From Lama glama (Eukaryota): a stretch of DNA of 64,000 nt. Location: positions 64,358,001 to 64,422,000 of the forward strand of contig CM052816.1 of NCBI GenBank assembly GCA_028534125.1, written 5' to 3'. The notes under the pieces were generated by a model, which was not told the DNA's origin, did no database searches, and worked only from the letters and a program-made list of their open reading frames with translations. How positions within the stretch are numbered: position 1 is the stretch's first letter; every line of letters begins with the position of its first letter. The position numbers were made by a program, and so were the translations under genes. Positions 12,776-23,480 of the stretch are shown here, piece by piece.

Positions 12776-14234
12776 GCTGGATCCCAGTAGGTGCTTGGGC
12801 AGGGGGCAGCTGAGTAGGCAGATCCCTGCTGCATCTTATAATCCTCCTCACCACTGCCCCCAGACTAAAATAATTCCAACTTTTATCTGTCTTGTACTGT
12901 GTCCTTGAAAAAAGGTTTCTGTTGCTTCTAAAAGCCAGTGGAGTAGGCTCTCTCTCAGTGACCTTCCAAATTTATTATTCTACAATTTCATGATTCTAAA
13001 ACAAAAGTTCAGACTTGGCCTTTTTAAAGGACTGTGTACTGCATGGGAGTGTGAGAAAATTATGAGATATGTGATGATGTGTTTCTGATACCGAAGATTC
13101 CCTCATGCAGCCTCCCTTGGGGATATAGTTTCCAGGGCCCAAGCCCCTTCTTTGTTACACCTGATAAAGTCTCACATGTTAATTATTTAGTTACTGGTGC
13201 GACCTGGAACATAGGCTTATAATGAAACTGCCTTGAACACGTTTCCGTGTGTGACACAGAACACTGGCGTTTTAACGTCTTTTCTTCCTTCATATCAGCA
13301 GTTATTTTATGGACTAGGCTTTGTAACAAAGGGCACTGGATTGGTGAATTATTCATGTAATCTGCATTTCCGGGCTGCTGTGGATAATGGACAGGTATCA
13401 TGTCACCTTTCACAAACGTCTCACAATTAGGAACTATATATCAGTGTCTAACTTCTGTGTAATGCTCCCCTTCTAAGCTAGTTTCATATTTTATTTACAG
13501 CTTGGTAGCATTTTTAACTTGGCTGCCTATTTCTCTCACTTTCGATTCCAAGGCTTTTGCTCCACTTAATATAACCAGGAACATTTAAATAATAAGACTC
13601 CCTCTCAGTTTGCTAAAGGCAGTCACTCACTGTGGCTGTGTTTTATTCATTCAGCCATTATGTTAGTCAATTTCTTGATTTAAAGAAACCTAGGATGAAA
13701 TGCAGCTGTAAGGAAACCATGATATAAATCTGTTTTTATGACTTGTTTCGTTCACAGGGAAAAAACTAAAAGCAAATCTTCCCGGGGCCTGACACAAGTT
13801 GTAAACTGTGGGCAAAGTTAGCCAGTTAAAGAATGTGACTGACTTAATAGGAGCAACGGAACATTTCAGATCTCCACCGACTGGAGTGGAAATGTTTCTG
13901 GAATTAGGAATAAAGCCAGGGTGAGCAGCTCTGTTTGGGCCCAGTAAGAAAAATTAGGTAAGAAAATAAACCTGGGATTGGTAACCCTGAAGGACTAATG
14001 AGAGAACATAGCCACAAATTAAACACAGAGAGCAAACGGAACCTTTGGAATCCTGCAGTCCTGCCTTTCCACATGATCCTACTGGAAACTGAGGCCTAAG
14101 GCATGCAACAGCTTGCCCGCCATCCCCACACCAGTGGAAAAGCTAAAAGCTGGGTCAGCCGACTCCTACGCCAGCACTTTCACTGCTCTGCAGTGCCACG
14201 GATCATTCTGGTCACCTCTCTGGTATCCACTCAC

Positions 14235-14340
14235 CTCTTCCGCGGCCATTACTTGCTGTTCCTTGGGAGAATCCACCCTTCCTCATTCTCAGTTATGTGC
14301 GTTGTGTGGAATCATCTCATGGCGACTCTAGGCGGGAATG
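14235..14340 (-). other. Candidate first/alternative exon ending ATG GCC GCG GAA GAG|GTGAGT
   Basis: Strong-context ATG (gtaATGG, 14249-14247), consensus donor at 14234-14229, local CpG retention. The 5' boundary is unknown. Confidence 0.3.
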
Positions 14341-14644
14341 TGATGAACTAAGTCCATGCGTGAATCCATTTCCCCAAACAGATGCTCCAGGAATGGCCAG
14401 GTGACTTTAATCAGACAGTGATTCTGTCTGAACTCGTGTAGGTGCTGTTGGAAGAGATTTTCTGTCCCACTAGACTGGGCGGTTTTAGGCAGTGAAGTCT
14501 GCAGCTGCTCCAGATATTTTGCTATCCACATGGAAGAGGCTGGAGCCACAGGTAGGGGAAAACGGATCACGTGATACCCGATGGTGACTCCTGCAACACA
14601 GAAACACTGAGCAGAGTGAACAGACCTTGGTTAAGTAAACCCCT

Positions 14645-14761
14645 CATTTATCTTCTAAACTAGGACAACTTTGAGAATGACGCCGGGCAAGACGAATGCC
14701 GGACCAGACAGGATGCATAAACAGGACTATCCTGGGCAAACAGGAACACATGGTCATCCTG
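14645..14761 (+). mobile_element. MER94-like hAT-Blackjack MITE, partial
   Basis: atttatcttctaaactaggacaactttgagaatga...taaacaggactatcctgggcaaacaggaacacatggtcatcct. Confidence 0.7.
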
Positions 14762-15267
14762 TTCTAGAACAGCATTCACTGTGCTGCTAGATTAAGCCAG
14801 TTGAATTAAGCTGGCACTCTCTTTGACCTTTTTAGCCTAGGTGACCGTGAATTCACTTTATTGTTGAAGCCAGAGCCAATTAGGCTGAACTTGCACAGGT
14901 TAGTTTTAAATGACACAAATATGCTGCTTCCTTTCTGAAGCAATCCTTTCCAATCTTGTCCTATATCTTTATTTAAGTTTGTAATGAAAGGTGACCATTA
15001 TATGCTTTACTTTTAATAAATGTTAAAACTCTGTATTTAACCTTTTACTTCAAATAATTAAAACTATTACTTGTAGAACATTTACAAATAACAGAGCACT
15101 TCCAAGTTGTCTTATTGACACCAATACCCCTGTGAAATTGCTATCACCCAAGGTTTGGAGAAGTTGAAAAATTCACCCAGGTCCACAGGGCTGATGTGGC
15201 AGATATGCAGTGGGGATTCTGCGGTGGGGGTGGGGAGAATCCCACAACACTGAATTTTATTGTTTGC

Positions 15268-15388
15268 CAGTGCTGTGTTGTAAGTATTCCAACAATGGCT
15301 AATTTCAATGCATCAACCCACCATCCTCAAGTGTGGAGTTGGGAAGAGATGCCCTGGCTCTCATGAGCCAGCTCTAGTACCCCACTGC
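15268..15388 (-). mobile_element. MER63-like hAT element, internally deleted
   Basis: Ends cagtgctgtgttg / ctagtaccccactg, with internal ggagttgggaagagatg. Confidence 0.7.
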
Positions 15389-16773
15389 ATGAAACATGAA
15401 TCCAAGACTTCTGACTCTTTCTAAATTCATTCTTTTTCTGTTCTAAATGTTTGGTGTGGCAGTCTGCATTCTGAATTGTGCTCTTTTAACAATGGCAGAT
15501 TACTGCAGGGCTTCCAGCCTTCAAAAGAGATTTCCCCAGAGCAGAACTGCCATGAGCAACCCAGTCTAGACTTGTATTTCCCAAGCCCATCTCCACTGGT
15601 GCCCACCCTTAGCAGGAACCACCCCTGGGTGTTTAGCATTTGCTCTGCTCCCCACTTGGATATGGATACTTCCCTGCCCCTCCCATCTTCTGCTCTGATT
15701 CTGCTCATCCTGCAGCTAGTTTAAGCGACTTGTCGGGACCCGGGATTAGAGGCAGTAGGATAGAAAGGTATTGTCTCCTTTTACCCCAGAGTAAGAAGCC
15801 AAGACCTTGGCCTAGAGTCCTGCGGATTGGATTAGTGACAGCAACTGTCTATGCTACTCTGGTCACTGCTATCAGACCTAAGCCCCCACAGTGAAGGGGA
15901 CACTTACAAAGTTTGCTCACATTCATGATCTCATTTGAAGGTACTGACTGGATAGTGTACAAAATGCTTTGCCTCAGCAGAGAGAGTTTGGAGAAGAGGT
16001 GAGTCATGTGAAAACCCTGGTGGCAGCAACCTAATTTCCAGTCCTGGGGCTTAGGGGAAATCAGCCAGGCTTTATAGGGCTTGTCTTACAAGCTCAGACC
16101 TACTGGTCACAAGCAAAGCCACAATAACTTTAATTATCAAAAATCTTGTAGCCACTGAATTGCATGGTAATAATTTTGCATCTTTGATATCAGGGTATAT
16201 AAAAATTCTTCTTGTAACATTTCAAATTAAATATTTGCACTGTGACTGCTATTTCCTCCCCATGAGTTAGGGAGGAGGGGAGCAGTAATGACATGATGGC
16301 ATTGACAATGGCTAAGCCTACCAAGTCAGTGCTCACTTGTCCACGCTAGAAAGATCATTTTAAAAAATCATTCAGGGTTCCTTTTGGAATGGATTTTTAT
16401 ACTTATGCTTGAACACAAACACGATGGAGCATCTAAGCATTCCTGTAGAATAACTTAATGAAGCAGGTTTATGAAGAACCGGGAAGCTGCCCTCTCTCTC
16501 CAGGCTGTCCTCCTGCAGGGAGGAACAAATAGTCCTTTTCCAGAATGATTCAAATATGGAAGTGGGTTTGTGCCCCCTCTAGCTTTTCCTCCAGAAGAAG
16601 GGATGGTGACTGTGCTTCATATCACTTTGCCACATGTGAAGAGAGCAGAGATGAAGTGAATCAACCAAAACACATTTTTGGGTGTGAGGGTGAATGCGCT
16701 CATGAAAGACATGTGGAGCATAAAGTCATAGTAAAGGTCATGGTCCCAGTTCCAGGTCAAAGCTTGTGATTTT

Positions 16774-17587
16774 CCAAGGATAAATGCTGGGTAGGGTGTG
16801 GAGAAAAGGGAACCCTCCTACATTGTGGGTGGGATTGTAGTTTGGTGCAGCCATTATGGAAAACAGCATGGAGATTCCTCAAAAGACTGAAAATAGACTT
16901 ATGATATGATCCAGCAGTCTCACTCTGGGGCATATATCTGGAGGGAACTCTAATTCAAAAAGATGCATGCACCCCAATGTTCATAGCTACACTATTTACA
17001 ATAGCCAAGACATGGAAACAACTTAAATTCCATTGACAGACAACTGGATGAAGTAGTTGTTGTATACATACACAATGGAATAATCCTCAGCCATAAAAAA
17101 AGAATGAAATAATGCCATTTGCTGCAACATGGATGGACCTGGATATTGTCATTCCTAGTGACATACGTCAGAAAGAAAGAAAAACACCACATAATATCAC
17201 TTATATGTGGAATCTAAAAAAAAAAAGAGAGAGACACACACACCAACACACACACAAATGAACTTATTTGCAAAACAGAAACAGACTCACAGACATAGAA
17301 AACAAACTTATGGTTACCAGGGAGGAAAGGGGGGGAGGAAGGGATAAACTGGGAATTCGAGATTTGAAGATATTAACTACTATATATAAAATAGACAAAC
17401 AACAAATTTATATTGTATAGCATAGGGAACTGTTTCAATATCTTATAGTAACCTATAATGCAAAAGAATATGAAAAAGAATATACGTATGTATATATATG
17501 ACATGAACATTATGCTGCACACCAGAAATTGACACAACATTGTAAATTGACTATACTTCAATTAAAAAAAATTAAAAATGGAAAAAA
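16774..17587 (+). mobile_element. 5'-truncated lineage-specific L1 (ORF2 C-terminus, 3' UTR, polyA) with 15-bp TSD
   Basis: From 16779 it translates [46 protein letters not shown], the ORF2p CCHC region with an in-frame stop. TSD aaagcttgtgatttt at 16759-16773 and 17588-17602. Confidence 0.95.
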
Positions 17588-20500
17588 AAAGCTTGTGATT
17601 TTGTCCAAAATAGCAGGAAGCAATCCACTGCAGTTTATAATAAAGACTTACGTTGGAATGGCTAAGCCTGTAAAAGTTCAGAAGAACTGGAGATCAGAGA
17701 AGAATTTGCAAAGAAGTGGAGACTGAAGCTGGGCCTTGAGAGCTGGACAGGAAAAAGAGGACATTCCAGCTAAACAGAATGAGAACGTTACGTGGGACAC
17801 AGGGAGGCATGAATGTCTGGAAGGGAAGGTTTCTATGCATGATGATGGCTAAGCAGCCAGGGTTCTCCCAGAGAAAGTGAGTTGTTTACAAAGCAAGTTT
17901 CTTGATAGAGGAGGTGTTAAGAGTTCAGAAAGGGAAGAATAAGCAGATCCTGCTGTGAAAGATAATATGGCAAATTCAGTCACCATTAAGTGGGAATCAA
18001 CTACAGCCAACGTGTATCAGACTATGACTCAGAATTACACTTCTTGGAACACCTGGCATCCACACATACTCAGTCTGAAAAGGCCTTCCGATATTTTCAG
18101 CTGATGACCAAACTCGATTAGGCACACTAACTTGATTTGCTGTATAGTCGATGTTGTCATTCAGATGACCCCTGAAGAAACTAGACATGATAAATTCATG
18201 ATTTAAGGTTACAAACTCTATGTGGCAGGTATTCTAGGCCTGAAGAACAGGAAGAAATGAAAATTAATATTTCTAGGCGCTTATATGTCTGCATATTTCT
18301 AAAAACTTGATGCGGCTCTGATAAATGAAGGACAATGGCGGACATGGTGACCTAAGATGCACCCGTTGTAACAGAGCCCCTGTGAGAGTGAACATTTCCA
18401 CTAGTCTCCCTTGTAGGAGGTGGAAATGACCAAAAGTTCTGGATCTCCTTCTAGCACTGTGTGTCAGTTTGACAGCGTTTAAAGTTTAAAAAGCTTTAGC
18501 TTCCTCACATATAGAAACAGACTGATAGGCCCCTCCCATGCCCCGCCCCCTGATAAATAGGCCCCTCGTAGGGAACTGAGCCCTAGAAAAGGAAGCAGCT
18601 CACCCAAGGAATGTATTGAGTGGAGCCAAGAGACGTGTCTCAGGGAGAAGCAGAGCCAAAGAGCCAGATGTTCTACCCAAAGCAACTAGAAAAGAGGGGA
18701 AACCCCAGTATGCACAAATATCAGACACTGGGGCCTCATGGCAGGTAAGCTCTACTATTTGTGAGAAAATTTAGCAAGCCATCAGAGGAAGTTCGGGAAT
18801 CTCCTTCCATAAATATTTAGGAATTTTTAATGTGGTATTTATTTGGTGACAAGAAAATGGGAATAATTAACCCTTTCTGTTTGTTTCCCGCTAAACTTCT
18901 GCTCCCAAATATCTTTCCATGAGAAGGTAATTTCTAAATCTTATTGTCGAAGTGAAAAAGCCCAAAGTGGTCAAGTAAAAACTTTATAACTGAGTGAAAA
19001 ACAGCAAGAAAAGAAAATGCTTTGACACATGTTGAAAATCTTGGCTGCAAAAAACAAAGTGTCTGTCAGGTTTCCTTGGAGAAGTGGGAGGTTTACCAGG
19101 AGAAGGTGTGTGGACTGGGAGCAGATGTGGAGGCCTCCAGGAATAGTGGCTGCCCTGTGCCGGCTCTTCTCCCATCTCTGTCTTGTGGGCCGGGCCCCCC
19201 TGACTTGTCCTCTCCTCTCGCCTGACCAGTTTGACTTCATCACAGTTTCTGCTCTCTCATAACCAGCTTGCACGTGGCTTTATGGCCTCTCAAGCCCCTC
19301 TTTAATTAAGACCCTTCAGTTCCATCTTTCTCATATTAACCAGCACACTCTTGTTGCACTTGAAACTCTTGGGAGACTGAATCTGACTGGCGCAGGGCAC
19401 CTGTTGATGCCAGGTTACATTAGAGGCCATTGTCTGGCCAGTGCATGGTTGCCCTCAGGTCAGATGCTTGCCACTGATCCAAATCTGCAGGGCAAATGAG
19501 GAATGGGAGATAAAGGGAGGTGGTCAGGGCATTCCTCATCAGAAATGGCTGGGGCCCGGGGCGGGGGGGGGGGGCTCTGATTGCTATCTCTGTTAAAAAG
19601 TAATGATAACTGGCTCTTCTTCAGAAGTAGCAAAAGTGCTCTTAAACTGCAGGTTGGGGGCATGTTTTATGATTTTATTTATTCCACCATTTATTCATTC
19701 CCATCTGTCTCCTATCACAAAAGATTTGAGGTGACTTACAAAATCTATATACAGGGATCACATGATTGAGAAATGTAGGCAAATTCTTATTTTCTTAAGA
19801 ATAGGAAAATTAAAAACTGGGGCAAAATGATCACCACAGGGTGCATAACATTCAACATTAGAAAATTGCTAAAGATGGCCCTTGAATTTGTTTCTAAACC
19901 TGATACCTGACAAATGTAATAGCAAGTGGCTAAATACAAGGGGAAAGTCCTCACAGAAAGTGTCATTTATACTCTAACAGGTTACTAGCCAAGCCTTTGG
20001 AAGCCTGTCCCTCCTAAGAGACAGATTCTCCTCTTTTTTTTTTGATAATTTATGGGCCACCTTAATGAGGAAGGAGACTCTAGATTATGTCTAAAGCCTT
20101 CTGCTGGTCCTGATTTCATAACAATGGTTGTGATTTCATTGAGCAAGCAAGAGAACAAATAACTAAGAAGGCATGATTTTATGTGGCTAAAACCGACTTC
20201 CAACATAATTTCATTCCACTGAAGCCTTAGTCCCCAAACCCCTCCAAAATTAGAGACATCATTTGAAAGGTGAAAAGACAGATTATAAAATCCTCATTTC
20301 TTTTTTATTGTGCGTTGTAAGGCCAGAAATACACAGGAAGGCTGGCTCAGTGATTTTTCTGTTCTCCGATTTTTTTGCCTGTAGCATTTCTGACAGCCTC
20401 AGATCTTCTGAAGCTCTGTATTTACTTTTCTTCCTTCTTTTGATTATAGAATAGCAAAAAGTCCTAGAAAGCTTGGTCCTGGTGCATGACAATGGAAGAG

Positions 20501-21849
20501 CTCTATCCTGGAGCACCAGGCCTGCCCGCTGGATGAGACGTGTGGTGGGAGCTCTGGAAAACAGAATGGGCTGTTCCCTTTCAGACTGGAACTTGGAATC
20601 ATTCTACTTAAAAGGACAGCTGTCATTTAATATTCATTAAGCAGCCACCATATTCTAAGTGCCATACGAAGCATATATGTACATGACATTTGGAAAGAGG
20701 AGACTAGTTTTTTTATAGGAACCAGTTACCACTGAAGCTTGATTTGGAAAGCAGTAGAAGGGATTCTGGGTACTTTACCTTTTGCTAACTGAGAAAAATG
20801 CCATGTGGATTGCTGAGATGGTGATCCTGAAAAACCATTTACAATATTCAATTAACAATAATTAAGGCACTCAGTGGGAAGCTCCTTACTGACTTGCTAA
20901 AGAGCAAAAATTGGTCCTTGGAATTCCCGGTGGATGAGAGAAAAGATAATAAGTACCCAAAATATAAAGACAATCAAAATGAAACCAATTATGACCAAAT
21001 TATATTACGCAAATAGACACACAAGTTGAATTAGGAATATGTAAGTTTTTGACAAGAAATATTAAAAAGAGATATAATAACATTTTAGCCATTAATTGAT
21101 CATCTAATCTAGTTTAGTTCTGGGAAGGGAGCTGGTTTATAAACCTTCAAGTTTTACATACGTTGATATGGGATCACAGTCTATTATAACAAACTCTTAT
21201 TTCTAGGAGCTGGTAAAGGCTCATTTTCTGTTAATATAGTTAATAATAAACCATAATTGATTCTATTACCAATAGTTTTAAAAAGACAGTCATTTAGTCC
21301 ATCTTTTCACAATCACATACTCACAAAATATTAATGCTAATTTGATTTACTATATTCAACTTTAGTAATTTTAAACTATTCTCCATTAGCTAATTTTCTA
21401 TGGCATTAAAACAGATTCTTCATTTACGTTTTTTTCCTTGCATACTCTCTTACTATCATTTACTTCTCCATCAGTAACCCCTCCTTCATATATTTGAAAT
21501 TGCACAATCAACTCCAGACTTAAAAATAATCCTTCAATATTCAGTTCAGGTGTAAGTCAAGGATTACCTCTATATACTTGTAAATGTAGTAAATCTAAAG
21601 CATGGGAGACTTGCCAGATTTTAACAATACAACCTCCCGGTTCATATGTGAATATGTGTATAATCATATTTCAAATTCACTAATATTTAAGTCTAAAAAT
21701 CTAACCAAGTTTGATCTCTGGCAAGGAAAAAACTATGAGTGCATTCACCGTTATTCATGCAAGTATCAGTAAAAGTTCTCTTGCAGATCCTCTGGTCTAC
21801 TCCTCAGTATGTCCAAACCTCTGTCAGCTCAATTAAATCTTTGCTTTTT

Positions 21850-21993
21850 TTTTTTAAATTGAAGTATAGTCAGTTTACAATGTTGTGTCAATTTCCAGTG
21901 TATAGCATCATGTTTCAATCATAGATATACTTACATATATTCATTTTCATACTTTTTCATTATATATTACTACAATATATTGAATATAGTTCC
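21850..21993 (-). mobile_element. Short lineage-specific L1 3' end with TSD
   Basis: polyT followed by aattgaagtatagtcagtttacaatgttgtgtcaatttc, the reverse complement of the 17.5 kb tail. TSD taaatcttt(g/a)cttttt starting at 21834 and 21994. Confidence 0.9.
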
Positions 21994-22189
21994 TAAATCT
22001 TTACTTTTTAAAACTTCATAAGTCTGTTTGAAGAAAACCCTCATATTTATTATCAGAGAGTTTAGCTCAATCAATCCTTTTGTATAAAAACGACTGTAAA
22101 GAAGACATAAGTCATAGCTATCATGCAGATATAAACATACGTCTGTGTAATGCATATATAGAGACATATATGTGTATATATATATATAA

Positions 22190-22830
22190 ATGTTTTTCAA
22201 AAACTTGAGCATACTCTTCTGTGGCCTGCTTTTTTTCTTAATATGTTGTAAATATCTTTTTATTCCAATGAATAGACATAAATGTTACCAATTTAACGGC
22301 TACATAATAGTATAGATATCGTTTACTTCATTTGATCAATCCTCTGTTGGCCAACATTTAGGATCTCCAGGTTTGCTTGTGCATACATCCGTACACACTT
22401 ATCTGATTGTTTCTTTGGGATGAATTCCTTCAGGTCATATGTTTAAGCCTTTAACTATTTATTGACAATTTGCCCTCCAGAAAAATGGTTTCATTTTGCA
22501 TTGCCATGAGCAGTATATGAACACATCAAATAACCCACATCCTGGACAACTCTGGTTTTTCCTTATCTGATAGATGAAAAGATGTATCTGGTTGCCATCT
22601 GTATTCCATGGTTACTAGTAAGGATGAAAATGCTTCTGTATGTTAAATGGTCATTTCTTCTTTCATAAATTCCCAAATCATGTTATTTGTCCACTTTTAT
22701 ATAGTAAGGATACTGACCCACTGTTAGTTACATCTACAGCCTTGCAAATGCTTTTCCCAGTCTCTATTTGTCTTTTAAATTGTTCACAGTATTTTTTCTA
22801 TTTTTTCATGCTTGTTTTTTAAAAAACAAA
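22190..22830 (-). mobile_element. Ancient L1M (L1ME-like) fragment
   Basis: ttgacaatttgccctccagaaaaatggtttcattttgcattgccatgagcagtatatga...ttttcccagtctctatttgtc. Confidence 0.7.
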
Positions 22831-23330
22831 TACTCTTAGAAGCAGTTTTTAACAAATTTTTAAAAATCCATTTGGGAGATATAGAAATTTTGTCAACTTT
22901 AAAAATAGTTTTTAAATGGCTGTAGTTTTCGGTATGAATTTTGGAATAGAAGCTCTCTTACAGTTCTTTCATTCACTGACTGTCTCTATGTGAAAGCACT
23001 AAACTAACCATTGGGAATGGGGGTACCAGGATAACCTCCCAGGTTATCCCTGTCTTCAGATCTATGCAAAAGAAACAAAATAACAACTACACATGGTTGA
23101 ATATGAGTGAACAGAAGAGGGTAGGGTAGTAGTAGCTTTGGAGTTCAGAGTTTGAAAAAAATGGTTGTTCAGCGGAACTTGTGGGAAGATGTGTGATTGT
23201 TGGTGAGCAAGTTGGTTTGCTTCAGTGGCATGACTGGTTTAACTTGGGGATTAAATGAGTGCCACCCTCAATTACCTCTTGATTCTCCTTTAGGGTATGT
23301 ATCTATTCTGATCCAGTGATGAACTCTCAG

Positions 23331-23480
23331 TTGTTTTTGTTTTTTTTTTAACTTTTTTTGTTTGTTTTTGGGGGGAGTTAATGAGGTTTACATATTTATT
23401 TTAAGAGGTACTGGGGATTGAACAACCCAGGACCTCCTGCATGCTAAGCATGTGCTCTGTCACTGAGCTATACTCTCCCC
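23331..23480 (-). mobile_element. tRNA-derived camelid SINE (Vic-1-like) with TSD
   Basis: Reverse complement reads GGGGAGAGTATAGCTCAGTGACAGAGCACATGCTTAGCATGCAGGAGGTCCTGGGTTGTTCAATCCCCAGTACCTC (Pol III A/B boxes), then an A-rich tail. TSD tgaactctca at 23320-23329 and 23482-23491. Confidence 0.9.

Noticed and set aside
23405..23480. tRNA gene
   Set aside because: The tRNA-like head is followed by a SINE body, A-rich tail and TSD, and there is no intact cloverleaf. It is a SINE.
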